The position numbers and the translations under genes were made by a program. Of a stretch of DNA of 64,000 nucleotides, positions 1 through 14,286 are shown piece by piece. The notes below the pieces were generated by a model. The model made no database searches. It had not been told where the DNA came from and was given only the letters and a program-made list of their open reading frames with translations. This DNA is from Octopus vulgaris (lineage: Eukaryota): assembly GCA_951406725.2 (NCBI GenBank), contig OX597822.1, forward strand, positions 23,002,001 to 23,066,000. Direction: 5' to 3'. Each line of letters starts with the position of its first letter. Position 1 is the first letter of the stretch.

Positions 1-1015
1 TTCAATCACAGAAGTATTATTAAAACTAAATCCATTTGCTGAAGAATTATCCCCTATATTCTATCAATATACAATATGTCTTGTAAAAACTAAATAGAGC
101 AAGCATCGTTTGGTACTCATTATCAGCTGAGTGGACTGGAGTGATGCAAAATGAAGTGTTTCACTGAAGAACATAATGTGTTGCCTGGTCTGGGAATTGA
201 AATTACAGTCTTGTAATAGTAAAATCATTAGGCAGGTAGCGTCACTAAACACAACACTACAACTCTTGTATCAGCGACACCATTTTAATCCTATTCTGCA
301 AATCTTTTGAGAAATAATACCTATTTTTGTCTAATTAACATCTAAATATTTTACTGTTTACTTGTTTCAGGCATTGGACTGTGGCCATGCTGGAGCACTA
401 CCTTGATGGATTTAGTCAATAAAATTTACCCCAGTACTTCTTTTAAAGTTCGGAACTTATTTTACTGGTCTGTTTTGCTGAACTGCTAAGTTACATGAAC
501 ATTAACATACCAACAGAAGTTGTTAAGCATTGGAGGAAAAACACCAAGACATATACACACACGATATTCCATACAGTTTCCATCTACCAAATTTATTTGA
601 AAGGTATTGGTCAGTCTGAGTCTATAGAAGACATTTGCCTGAGGTGTCGTGCAATGGGATTGAACTTGAAGCCATGTGGTCGCAAAGCAAGCTTCTTAAA
701 TTTTATTTTTTTACCACATAATTATAAAACACTCCAAATCGTGATATATTTATTCAGGTTTTGCTATATATGTTGTACCTAATATGGTTATTAGTTCTTT
801 TTATAATCAAACTTTTTCTATAAAATGTTTCCATAAAAACAACTTTTAAAAAAATTAATTTGAAAACATTCCAACCTTGAATTTTAAATTGGTGCTTTTT
901 TTTTTGTTTTGTTGTTGACTGCAAATTGGAGTATGATTGATAATGTGTTTACAAATTATATCTGTGTGTATAGCAATCATGGAGTTATTTACTATATAAA
1001 TACTGCTGATGAAGG

Positions 1016-1054
<39 letters not shown>

Positions 1055-1768
1055 CATACAGACATTCCATGTACAAAGCTTATTTATCATGCAATAAATG
1101 AACTAGAGTGTGTTCTGCTGAGCATAACAATAAACTAAAGCCACACTTTCTTGATTTAACCGCGAACATTTTCAAGTGCTCAAACAGTACAGTTTATCAA
1201 TAACAACGAAGGAATAAAATATTTGGCAGAAGGTTTTATCCACGGGTTTAAAAAAAATTTTTTTTGTCTAAATATCAACTAGACAACGTTAAATCAGTGA
1301 AATTTCTCAGCGTTATTGTTTTCATCACCAAAATCATTTTAATGTTCACTTTTTCATGCTTGCATGGGTCAATGAAATTTATTGAGGCAGATTTTCTATG
1401 GCCTGATGCCCTTCCTGTCACCAACCCTCACTTGTTTGCAAGTGAGGGATTATTTCCTATGACCAGACAAGCCTTTCATGGGAGGCTAGAAACAAACTAC
1501 ATTACATGTATGATAGTGTTGCCCATTTACAGCCATCAAATGTCAGGACAAGGGTACCCCCAAACACGCAACCATATATATATATATCATACAGACAGAA
1601 AAAACAATATTTTGAACACTGACAACTTTTTCCATCACATAAGGGTAAAACACCCAATTTTTCTGTTGTTTTCATGGTTATACTATGTCCAAAATATTAC
1701 TTTCTTGTCTGTATAATACGATACACATTTGACATTTCCAAAAACAAAAATAAGTCTGTTTACATATG

Positions 1769-1811
<43 letters not shown>

Positions 1812-2412
1812 TTATTGATGGACTTCTCTCAGTTTCCACACACAAGGCTTTGGTCAGCCTGGAGCTATAGCAGAAGACACTCACACAAGGTACTGTGCAG
1901 TGGGACCAAACCTGAGACCACATAACTGGGAAACAAGCTTCTTAGCCATGCAGCCAAAACCATTTGAATATATCCAAATGGATATCCTCAAATGTGAAGC
2001 TATGTTGTATTTGTTCTCTTACACTGAACTGATAAAACGAAAAGGTTATTCCACAAAGAACAGTTGTTTGTGAAACCGCAAAAACGAAGGGGACATTTCC
2101 TAATGGCATTTCTTCAAGATAATCTTTTATCCTTTTACTCGTTTGTCATTTGACTGTGGCCCATGCTGGAGCACTGCCTTAAAGGATTTTAGTAAAAAAA
2201 AAAATCGACTTCAGGGCTTATTCTTTTTAGCCCAATACTTATTTTATTGGCCTCTTTTGCCACACCACTAAGTTACAAGGACATAAACACATCAGCATCG
2301 GTTGTCAAGCAATGGTGGTGGGAACAAACAGACACACACACATAAATATAAACATATATATGATGGGCTTCTTTCAGTTTCTGTCTACCAAATCCACTCA
2401 CAGGGCTTTTTC

Positions 2413-2530
2413 TGTACATAGGCCTTAATTACGTAGGCCAATGTAATTGCACTGACCAGATACTATAATTTTGTACATAGGCCTTAATTACGTAGGCCAA
2501 TGTAATTGCACTGACCAGATACTATAATTT
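2413..2530. repeat. Perfect 59-bp tandem duplication
   Basis: tgtacataggccttaattacgtaggccaatgtaattgcactgaccagatactataattt occurs twice head to tail. Confidence 0.9.
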
Positions 2531-3146
2531 TGTTTTCCTTTTTAAATAGTAGCATTTAACACTTTCACATTTAAAATTAGCCACATCTGGTCAAAATATT
2601 CTACTGGTTTTATGTTTAAACCAACCAGATGTAACCTTTGACACTTAACCCACAATGTCATTCTAAAGACTAAACAACTGCATTACTGAAATCTTGAAGC
2701 TATGAGATAATACATTATTAATTTAAGACATTGTGAATAAATAAACTTTACATCTGATTGAATAATCTGAAAACAAAAGGGTTAGCTATCATGAAAATAT
2801 GCCTAACATAAGTTGACGCTGTTGGATCAAACACCCCTGCTACCCTTAAAATCTGCAGTTAGAGAATTTAAGGAACATTTCCTCAAGAAAGAGTGGCTTC
2901 AATTTTTTGTCAATAGCAAAGACATTAGCATGCAGGAAGGAAAAAAAAAGGGCAAGATATTTGTGGTGACCCTGGTGAAATGTGCTCAAAGCGGACATTG
3001 TTGCAGCTGCTGCAGTGTGTTGTTAGCCCAGCAATATGTATATAAGTAATAGTAGTAGTAACATGACTAAATGATTAAACAACACTGAAGAGGAAAAGAA
3101 GGAGGAGGAGGAGGAGATTGTTAAGTATGGAGGTGATCAGTCTTGC

Positions 3147-3275
3147 CTGGTTAGAACCCTTTTGACTTGTAACCGAATCTGAGTCGGTGTCATCATCGTA
3201 GTCGCTGTGTAGAGCAGCAGTACAGTTTTCTAAGTCCCTGATTGCCTCCTGAATGTCGAGCAAATCCAACAAAGA
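3147..3275 (-). CDS. MTSS1: Exon SLLDLLDIQEAIRDLENCTAALHSDYDDDTDSDSVTSQKGSNQ
   Basis: Acceptor tctctcccacatgcag and an open phase-0 frame. Amphipathic helix positioned like MTSS1 EELALALSRGL. The 3' end is placed at a GC donor CAG|gcaaga and is uncertain. Confidence 0.75.
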
Positions 3276-4179
3276 CTGCATGTGGGAGAGATATATATCA
3301 GCAGAGAAGATGAAAAATGGATGCACAGAACGAAAAAAAAAAAAATGTGTAAGAAAAAAAAAATTGTAAGAAGAGAGTGAAAGAGAGGAAGAAAGAAAGG
3401 TGATTTGTTAACATAAGCAAACTCAGATTTATGATGCTGGCAAAAGATTTGAACATAGTAAGTAAGAAGTTCTTTGATTTTTTTTGTTTAGTTTATTTTA
3501 ATTTAAAAAATTTTTAATGGTTAAAGAAAAGACTAGTAGAAAGAATACTAATTACTTTATATCTGATTTAACAAAATAATTGTTAAATATTTGAAAAAAC
3601 AAAAAAAAATTGAGATAAGTAAAAAAAAAAAGGATAACTTTTAGCACATGGAAAGCAGAATAGCTATACAGAATATGTACCATAGTTTTGAATAATATGA
3701 ACATTTTTGGAAATATATCCCTGCAAACTTGATGGAAGCTAATTCTATTCTAATATCAGTACACACTCAGGCATACACATATATTCTCTCAGTTCAAGAT
3801 GTCTGCTGTAATTTGCTTGAAGCATTATGATAGAGAAATAAAACACCAAAAATAGTAAAAATGGTGTGCATGTCACAATGTGGCATTGGAATAAATTAAG
3901 AACACTGGTTATTCAATTTATACCTTTACTGCATTCTAAGAACCTATTTGTCTTTACTATTTTTACTATTCTCTCAGTATGCTTTTAGCATTTCTTTTCT
4001 TACAGAAGATAAAGTTGAGATATTGGTTAATAATTTTGACACAAGGCCAGCAAATTTTAGGGGAGGGTGCAAGTTGATTCCATCAATTAGTACTTTGGTA
4101 GCGTATGTGCTCAGAACAGGTGGCAAAAACATGCTGTTAGGCACTTTGTGCAGTGTTGTAATGATTCTGCCAGCTCACC

Positions 4180-4212
<33 letters not shown>

Positions 4213-4216
<4 letters not shown>

Positions 4217-4770
4217 GCCCTGATGCAGTACCAGGCAGTGGCTCTCATGGCTTCTGATCTTAACTGATTGGAAGTGTTATCATGTATATTATTTTGTCTT
4301 GGTATAAAAGATGGGTTACAGTAAATTTTCTGCTCAATACCACAGATTTGCTTGTCAGTTATTTGACTGTAACCAGTTGAGCATGTCCCTTAGTGGCTGA
4401 CGATATCTGCATCTCTGATCACAAGCAGAAGTAGTGGGGGAGCATCATAGCCATGTGTTGAGAAGGATTCTTTGGGGTTTGAATAATTCACCTCTGGAAA
4501 CATGGGTGTTTCGTTCAATATCCTTAAACAACCCTTATTCAGGGACCTTTTGAGCGGGATGGGTTACTCGGCCAGAAGAAAATTCCAACTGGGCCCCACC
4601 CGCAAGGTCATGCGCTGTTTATCTTGATATGAGATCACCATGTCGCACACATATGGTTGTGATGCATGTGCCTAGTGTACCCTTATCAGACGGGTAGTCA
4701 TGGTGGATATACTGGGCTTCATATATTTTACCCCAGTGTCACTTTGATGTTATGCACTGCTCTTTCACTC

Positions 4771-4771
<1 letters not shown>
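4213..4771. repeat. Interspersed repeat flanked by (AAT)n; partial second copy at about 27505-27670
   Basis: ctgtttatcttgatatgagatcacc.tgtcgcacacatat...ccccagtgtcactt.gatg...gcactgctct.tcactcaataataat is present twice. Confidence 0.7.
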
Positions 4772-4803
<32 letters not shown>

Positions 4804-7028
4804 CTGCATTTACTGTATTCTTTATTTTTTTTGTTATTACTTTTCAAATATATCCTCAAATCATTTAAAATTGAGTTCTCATTATTCTAATGACTCAATT
4901 TATTAATCCACTTTATCAAATTGATAATAAACCTGATCCTAATTTATCGAAACCAATTGCTAAAAGCCAAGATACCAAAATACTGTAAATTAATTTACTT
5001 AGCAATTTGCTTTTTTTTTTCTTCCTCAAATAACCCTGATTTGATTCCATAATTTAAGATTGAGATCAAGAAAAGAAGAAGAAAAAAAAACAACCAAAGA
5101 ACAAAACAATTGTTTCAAAACATTAGTGAACTACATCCAATGACTGAGGTTTCAAAATAAAATGATATTGATTGACAGAAAATTTTTCTGAAAATATAAA
5201 ATTCAGAATGCCTTTTGGGCAAAAGAAAACAGGAGAAATGAAGGTAAAAGCGACTACTATAGTTTTTACTGCTGCTGGAAAATAGCTGAAGTTAAATGAA
5301 GCAGAGAAACGTTGAGTAAATTCTTTTATTCACACACACACACTACGCGCTATATGAATTACTGAGCTGTATCTTTATGATGTTAACTGAATGGTATGTT
5401 GATAGAAATAATAGAGTGAATATTCCTATCTAAACTTCGGTGGCAGTAGTAGTGGTGGTGGTGGTGGTGGATCACTGTTTGACAATGAGTACAGTTGTTT
5501 GATCTACTGAATTACCTGCTCCTGAATTAATGTATACGTGACTGAGTTTTCCACATAAGCGTGTGACAAGGTTGTACCTTTCCAATTACAAGTACAACCC
5601 AACTGACAGGCTTCTGTACTCTCTCCCTCACAAGGTATGGGTTGATGCAAGGCTGTGGAAAATCACAATGTCCAAAATATCATGCAGTGGAATTGAATCT
5701 GCAATGACAAGGTGGTACCTTTCCAATTACAGGTACAATCCACCTGACAGGCTTCCGTACAGTTCCTGTCTTTCCTACTTCCTTCACAAGATAAGGGTCA
5801 ATGCAAGGCTATAGAAAATTATATATGCTCAAGATATCACACACTGGGATTGAACCTGCGACCTTATGTTTGCAAACCAATCTTCTTAACCACTCAGCCA
5901 TACTGCACCCACAGTCTCAACTGTAGAGAACAAAAAGATTGAAGATTTCCACAATATTTACTTCTACACATCTAAAGATTTAGAAAAATTAAGGAAGGAA
6001 AATAAAACTCAATAATAAATATGCATCTCTTAATACTTTCTCAAGTGCCACTAGAATAACAAACCCTTTCTTGCCTACTTCAGTTCTGGCTTTTGATATT
6101 AATCTGCTTGAGATTGCGCTTGGTTCTTTATCAAACACCTGTTTTAAAGTGATCTAAACCTTCCTTTAAAATCTTATGTTGATTTATGTTCCAATATCAG
6201 CTTAATAACGACAAAATTATTTTAATAAATTCTTCATTATTTAAAAAAATAATTAAAACAAGGGCAGTGTATTTCAATGGTGTGATCAATTTAACCCTTT
6301 TGGTAATAACAAGTTTAAATTAATCATATTGACTCAAATATCTTGGACAGCCACGATGGATTTGAACCATTCTAATGTATTATGAATCTGACAATATATG
6401 GAACAGTTTAGCCAAAGATAAGTATTAAGAAAAAAAAAAAAAAACTTGTAGAAACTTATTTTTATGATAGAAGCGTTGTGATAAATTCATTCTTCATTTA
6501 TTTCTTTTCTTATGACTGCATTTTTTTTCTTTTTCTCCTATCCCCCTTCTAATTTTCAAAGAGTCAAAGAATTTAGTCACATTTCATTCCAGAAAAACAA
6601 AGTAAGAAAAGAAGTCAGTTTAAAATTAAACGAAAAACTGCATGCCAGAACAAAAATATGAAAAATCCAGCATAAGAGAGAATTAAAAATTAAACATTTT
6701 CAAAAATAACAAAAACGAGAAAGAAAGATTAAAAAAAAACAAAAAAGAAAAAAATTATTAAGCATGCCAGAACAGTGAGCAAAGAAGTGTATTTGCATTG
6801 ATTGGTTAGAAGCTTGACAAACTGAGACGAAACAAGGGAGAGAACTGGCAGAAGGCAGTAGCAAGAGACTTAATGATAAAAATCAATGAAAATCAGTGGG
6901 AAAAAAAAAATCTGACATGTAATGATAATGTTTGTACATAGCTATAAAAGCTCAGATGGTTTGAATATAAAGGAAAAAAAAAAAAATAAAAGGAAATGAT
7001 ATTGGTGTCATTCCAGAGGGAATTTTAC

Positions 7029-7064
7029 CAATGTAGGAAATAAAATAGTTTCAGCCAGGAGAGA
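7029..7064 (-). CDS. Candidate 36-nt cassette exon SLLAETILFPTL
   Basis: Acceptor tcttcatttctgctttag (contains TGC), donor TTG|gtaaaa, phase 0-0. GCATG motifs lie downstream at about 6640 and 6763. Confidence 0.33.
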
Positions 7065-8246
7065 CTAAAGCAGAAATGAAGATTTTTGGATCACCAGGGG
7101 CTTGCCTAAAACTCAAAGGAATTCACTGTAATAATATTAGTAGAAGTATTAACAATAATGGTTTCTAATTTTGGAACAAGGCCAGCAATTTTAGCAGGAG
7201 GTAGTTACTTGTTTATATTGTTCCCTGAGCCCAACTAGTAATTATCTTATTGATCCCAAAAGGACGGAAGGCAAAACTGATATTTGAATCCAGAACATAA
7301 AGAGTGAGAACTGCTAAGCATTTTGTCTAATGCTCTAACAATAATCCTTTCTACTGTAGGCACAAGGTATGAAATTTGGAGGCAGGGGCAGGGTAAACCA
7401 ATTACGTTGACCCCAGTGTTTATCAACCCGAAAGAATGAAAGGCAAAGTCGACTTCAGTGGAATTTGAACTCAGAACGTAGCAGCAGATGAAACACCACT
7501 AAGCATTTCATCTGGTGTGCTAACGATTCTGTCAGCTTGCTGCCTTAAATACTGACAACAACAACATATATTTGTAATTTAGTTAAAAGGCCAGAAGTTT
7601 TAAAAGGAGGAGATACATCAATACCAGCCATACTAGTACTTTATTTTATTCACTTTGGAGTGATGAAAAGCAAAGTTGTCCTCAGTGGAATTTGAACTCA
7701 GAATGAACAAATACATTTTTTTCTTTCTTGACACTTTAGCAATTCAACCAATTTGGAGCCCTTAAAACAACCAATTTTATTTTAAGCATAAGGCCATCAA
7801 TTTTGAAGGGATGGTAGGTAAGTTGATATCACTGATCCTAGTACCAAACTGGTCTTTGATTTTTGATGATCCAACAACTCAGACAACTCACCACTATATA
7901 AACATGTGTGTATTTTTTCTGTATAATTAGGGGTACAACTGTTATTGTACAAGTTAGAGCTCCACATAAGTTATCATTATCCAATCAGCTTCCAGTATGG
8001 TGGTTAGTCAACAACTGTACTTAATAGTTATGATATATAGAGCTTATGTAGTGGAAAATTAAGATGAACACAAGTATAAATTACAAGTCCTGACATATGT
8101 ATCACCATTGCAGTTAGCTTAAACTCAGCACTGGATGCTCCTATAGCTTTTGGATGCTTAACTGCAATGGATCATCAAGGGAACATTTTACTGCATTCAG
8201 TTACCGTGATCTAAGGCTGAGTTTCAAATAACTTGAGATGTTAAAG

Positions 8247-8503
8247 TAGTGGTTCTCAACCATTTTTCATCTATGAATTCTCTTTGGATGGTATTTTATT
8301 CTGGTGGACCCTCATAGCTATTCAATGTTTAAAAAATCCTATTCTAGTTTTATTATTAGATATTATTAGGAATTGTATTAAAAAAAAATTTAATATTTGG
8401 TGTATTGTTAAAATATAAGCAGTTTATTGCTCGTAAATTTTAACAAAGAATCTTCTTATATTGGATCCCCAAGGGCCATATGGATCCTGGTTGAGAACCA
8501 CTG
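8247..8503. mobile_element. hAT/Charlie-like MITE
   Basis: TIRs tagtggttctcaacc / ggttgagaaccactg with a degenerate 8-bp TSD tgttaaag / gattaaag. Confidence 0.75.
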
Positions 8504-9225
8504 GATTAAAGAATGATAAAGGGATAGGAATAGGCGTCTTGCTGAAAAGGAGATACATGGCTTCTTCAACTGGAGAGCAAGAGAAAAGAGATGGTGAGGG
8601 TGAACTTATACAACAACAATAATTATTAATACCAGCCAAATAGTTCACATTAAAAAAAATTTACTTATAAAGTTTCAAAATCGACAGGGCAACATTATTT
8701 TGATCATATGGCAGGGTATGTGGGTGGTGAGGTGGGGTGGCTTCAAATATATGAAATAAGGAATTGCAAACCTTTGATTAATAGATTATCGAAGCAATTA
8801 ATAGACAAGGAACCTACAGTATGTCTATTTACTTTGCAGAATGCTTCCTAGCACCATTTTTACCTTTGGATATGGATATAATCAATGGCAATCACATGAC
8901 AAATAATTGGAATCAATCATATTCTATCAATACCTAGATTAATGAGAAATTAACAACTGTTTAAAAAAAACAACAAAAAAATCCCCCAAAAGATAAAACC
9001 CCAAGAAATATCTGGCCACCTGGTAAACCAGTTTTAACCCAAAATAAGGATTCCTAGATATATGTAATAAAAATATTACAAGAGGCTAATTAGATAATTA
9101 ATTACTGAATAACACTATATAGAAAGACTAAGATCATGAAATCAATGGTAGCTCACACACAATATGTTGACTTACATTGCTTTAGCAATAAAAATTTACT
9201 CCCCATCTCTGCATTGAGTTCTACT

Positions 9226-9279
<54 letters not shown>

Positions 9280-9652
9280 TTTCTATAATTTTCATATTAT
9301 TTGTTAAGCACAATACTATAATATATAGCTCAGAGAAAAAAAAAAATGAAACGAAACAAAGCCAAACTTAAATAGCCATCATGAAATGAGAAACAGATGA
9401 AAATTGCAGATTCAAAGAAATGATAGAAATGGATGCAGCTGCAACTTAAAACAATCAAAGAGTATTGTCCAGTAAAGGAGAAGATGTGTAGAAACTGTGA
9501 CTACCTTCTTAATAAAGCTAGCAAAGATCTCATCTAAGAAGTGAATACAGTGAAGAATTCAAAAGGTTTCTTTCACTTTTTTCTCTCTTTTTTCTTTTTG
9601 AGTATTATTATTTTTTAACAGTTACTTTGAAAACAAATATTAGCAAAAAGAG

Positions 9653-9688
<36 letters not shown>

Positions 9689-9755
9689 TTTCGAGATAGT
9701 AGGCCCCTTCATCTCACCACATAAAAAAGAATTTTTATTTTAAATACATACTGTT

Positions 9756-9866
9756 TTATAACTTGGCTACACGTGTTTCATGAGGTACATTTCCGGTTCC
9801 TAAACCACTCTGTGTTTTGCTGGAACCCTTTTTAAAATGTAACCCCAATCATCAGGCCCTTATATC
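9756..9866 (-). ncRNA. Type I hammerhead ribozyme motif, Penelope-like-element type
   Basis: ggc-CUGAUGA-[long stem II]-GAAA-CACGUG-UA-gcc. All core boxes are present, stem III is the palindrome ACACGUGU, and the triplet is GUA. Confidence 0.65.
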
Positions 9867-10001
9867 ACTTTATCATTGTTCAATACTAAAAACTATATTT
9901 TAATTTTTTACTATCTCTAAATGAAAATTTATATTTCTTCATTGAGAATAATTTGAACCCCTGTTATGCTGGAATTTTTATTCCCTAACAAATAAAATTA
10001 A

Positions 10002-10044
<43 letters not shown>

Positions 10045-10511
10045 CATACATGTTGGGATTTACTGAAGAATAGAAATAAGTAGAGTGTAAATAACTTTCA
10101 ATAGCTTTTTAGGCTTTAAATGTTAATATATATTTTTATATTTGGTCATTCAGAACTCGAACTAACTGGACAGCTTTACATTTCATCAGAGACAAAATAT
10201 TGTAGTCAAGAATTTTCTGTCTCTAATTCTAATGACTAAGTTCTGGAATCAGAACTATAAGTCTAAAAGAACAAGACCATGAAATTTCATATCTGGTGAA
10301 ACGGCAAGAACAATAACTAAAGTATTATCGGCAAAGCAATAGATCTTTGGATGTAATCAATAAATACTGAGAGAAAAAAAAAAAGACAGTAGTTCAAAAG
10401 AAAAAGATTTAAAAAAAAAAAGGGGTATCCTGGAAGAGAAAAACACTAATGTTACAATCATAAGATAACGTTTGAAATTGTGACAATGGCTGGAAATAGA
10501 AGAAGCGGCAC

Positions 10512-10678
10512 CTGTGACTTCTGCTCTTTACTATCTTTCTGCTCACAAGGAGATTGGGTTTGGGATTTACTCATCAGTTTGGATTCACGCTGTTCTTTGC
10601 GCTGTTCTTGCTTGCGTTGCTTTTCAGCAGCCATATGAGCTAGGTCTGTCATGTTCACATAGGTCGGTTGTTGACCAC
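10512..10678 (-). CDS. MTSS1: Exon (G)GQQPTYVNMTDLAHMAAEKQRKQEQRKEQRESKLMSKSQTQSPCEQKDSKEQKSQ
   Basis: 167 nt, phase 1-0. Acceptor ttttctgtgtcttcaaag, donor CAG|gtgccg. Charged helical content; continues the frame. Confidence 0.85.
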
Positions 10679-13600
10679 CTTTGAAGACACAGAAAAAAAA
10701 GGGGGAAAAAAAGGGAAAACTTTAGAAAAGATATCAAATAATTAAATAGTAATATCATTATCAAAAAATTAATTTATCCAAGAAAGCAATCAGTGATGCC
10801 ATCATCTTTTTAAATCAACAAATTGTTGACAGTTCTTTGATAATCTATTTATTTTTGTGTTAAATTAAAACTTCTGATAACCCTTGCATGTAATTAATGT
10901 AATGCATTGTAGAGCAAGTGGACTTGCATGGCTTAGTGGCTAGGGTATTTGACTTGTGATCATAAGATTCCTGGACAGGGCAATGCATTGTATTTTTAAG
11001 CAAAACACTTCATTTCATGTTGTTTCAGTCCACTTGGCTGGTAAAAATGAATAATCCTGCAATGGACCAGCATTCTGTCCAGGGAGGAATATGCCAGAGA
11101 AACTAAGAAACCAGCTCAAAGCTCCTTACAAAGTAATGAGGACTAACCATTGCAGAGCAAACAGTATGAGAGAGAAAGTATGTACAGGGATTGTTGTTTA
11201 TTAAGCAAATGTTTGACCAATGTAAAGTGTTGAGTAACTGTCACTGCTCTCCTGAAGGCCTGTCACAAACATCATCATAATCATCATCCTCATCATCATA
11301 ATTTAACATCCAGCTTCCATGTTGGGTTGGATGGTTTGACAGGATCTGATAAACCATAGGGCCGTGTCATGGTCCAATATCAACTTTAGCAATGGTTTCT
11401 TGAGCTGGATGCACATTCCTAACACCAACCACTTTACAGAGTGTACTAAGAGCTTTTCTTTTGAGGCATTGGGACCAGTGAGCTCATTAACTAACTTGCA
11501 AGACAAGACTCCACTCAACTGAGTGGGAGTGTAGCATTGAGGGAGGTGGTTTTGTGTCAGGTGTTGAGGGATGAAAGTATTATAGAGAGGCAGTAACAGG
11601 TGTCTTGCTGAACAGGAGATACGTGGTTACCCCATGAGTGGATGTACATTACAAATGCCAACCACTTTACAGAGTGTACTGGGTACCTTTCTCATGAGGA
11701 TCACCTTGTAACTTGCAAGGCCTAATGTGGGTCCCAACTAAGAAGACAGAGTGGGTGATGTTTCTAGTTTTGGTGGGTCGGTGAAGTAAGATGAGAGGGA
11801 CAGATTTGTAATTGGGAAGGATGATAGCAGTGAGAGTAACAGAGTAATAGTCATTAACTAGGGGAATAGTATGTTAGGGAACAGGGAGAAATGGAAAGGA
11901 TAATGTTAGGGGTTATTGAGAAAAGATGGGGATAGAATGGAAAGGAGAAAGAGAGGGTTGCGTAGAAGGGGTTTTGGGCTATCCAACATTATAAAGGGAG
12001 AAAAATAAACTTTTTGGCAAACAACTGATTGCTTGGACTATAAAAATATCAATAAACTGGAGAAACAAAAAGCAGATAAAATAAGTGAGAATAAATCTTA
12101 CAATAGCTATATTACCAATAAATTACATGTCAATCTAGATAGAGGTCATTGTCAATTAATTGAATGGCATGATGATGGGGTACCATCATTTGCATTAGTT
12201 CAATGACTTTATGTTTCTTTAATAACTTAAACTAAATAAATTAATAAAAATCAGACATTAAAGATATATATTTTCAAGAATGATAACAAAATATATATGT
12301 ACATATTTAATATTTATACACACACACAAGATGGACTAAAAGTCAAAAGAGATTTTGCAATACTATGATATCATATATATACATACATACTAAGCTATAT
12401 ATATACATATATACATGTTATATACACATATATACATACACATAAATGCACAAAATCTGTTTTAAGGGCTACATTGTATTGTTATTGGATTAGTGAAACA
12501 ATTATGAAAACAGAATCAAGGGATGAGCCCCATTTTCCCGGGAATTACTGGGTACGTCATCTAGTATATACATACATACATATACACATATACATATATA
12601 TTATAAAGTGTATATAGATGTGAAAAATCACATAACTTACAAAAAAAAAAAATTGAAATTTCCTTTCATGACATTTGGCCCACCCTGTGTGTATGTATAT
12701 ATATACAACCTCATAAAATTTATAAGACTAAATACAGAAACAGCAAAACAATTTCTTTCAAGGAATGCTGTTTTTTAAAATATTTATCTTCAGAAAAAAC
12801 TACTCTATATTATGCTACTACTGTAAGAAATGCTACAAATCTAAATTCTACAGTATTGCCAAATATTTTTTTTTTCATGCAGCACCTCAGGATAGAGAGA
12901 GAACCAATAAACTTGTCTTGTGATTTCAAGTAAAAAGATTCAAAATAAGAAGAGAAAAACTGTAGACTCATAGAACAAAGAGAGAAAAAAAAATTAAACG
13001 TATGAGAATATTGTTTCTTTGAGATTGGCAGGAAAATATTTGAAAGACGTTCCGCTGTTATGGCAATTTTTTTCCCTGTTAAAGTAAGCATATCATTATT
13101 AAAAAAAGCCATCATAATCACAAAGGATAAATGTTCTCACCAGACAAACGGTAAACTGAAACAATTCCATTCCAACCCATCATATTTTACCTCAATTATT
13201 ATTATTATTTCTTTTGTTTGTTTCAATGTGTGGGTGGATCTACTCAAAGTTTAACTTTGAAAAGATCATTACCTTTTAGCAATTGAATTCTTTAGCTACA
13301 GTTCACTTTCTGCCATTATGATTGGCCAGAAAGGCTGGAGATAAGCATATAATATGCTGGCCAAGAGAATAGTACAAGATATCTATCTAAGCTATAAATC
13401 ACATAACCATATTATGAAAATAAAATAAAATAAAATAAAAACTTTAAAAAATTCCAGTGGCTGCACACTCATTGGTAGCTAATTTACAAATAAATATCAA
13501 TTAGCTGTAATTAATTAACTGGAAAAAAAAAGGACTTATAAAAAAAATAACATAATAGAAATGTTTGATTAATAGACAAAAATGTATCCCTTAATTAAAA

Positions 13601-14247
13601 GTATGTTTATAGTCAAGGTTACATTACAAGAAATATCAAATAAATTCATAAATTCTTATGTACTTTTAGGGAAAAGAAAATTAGTGGCTAAGTAATTTTA
13701 AGACTAGAATTTTCAAAATCTTTTCAGCTTTTGATCAGTGAGAAGTGATAGATGTTCTTTCTGTTACTCTGAAGGAGCTGAATGAAAAAAACAAAGCAAA
13801 AATCAAAATAAAACAAAAACTAAACTAAACTTTATAATGCTAAACTGCTGATAACAGAACAAACTACATACATTGCAACTACTTTTTCAACACGATTACA
13901 AAGACTAAAAGACAAAAAAAATATATAAGAGAGAGTGAAGAAGAGAGATATTTCATATTCTTTAAATACAACGGGATCGTTAACTTTGAACAAGAAAGGA
14001 ATCAGTAAATATGACTATGTATTAGTATTAGTATGTGAGATCCAAAACTATCTTTCTGAAATCATAGTTTCTTTCCTGTGAGAACATCATTATTGATACA
14101 ATTCCTGATAAACTAGTGCCTGTAAATTTAAAAATAGACTAGTTTTTAGAAAATAAAAGAGGAAAAAAAAAAAAATATAATCTTGAACCTCCTCTCAATG
14201 ATTTTAGAAGCAATAAGCACCTAAGTTTTCTAACCAGCCTTTAGCAA

Positions 14248-14286
<39 letters not shown>

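Noticed and set aside
2413-2530. Perfect 59-bp tandem duplication as a functional element
   Set aside because: Most simply a recent slippage duplication or an assembly artefact.
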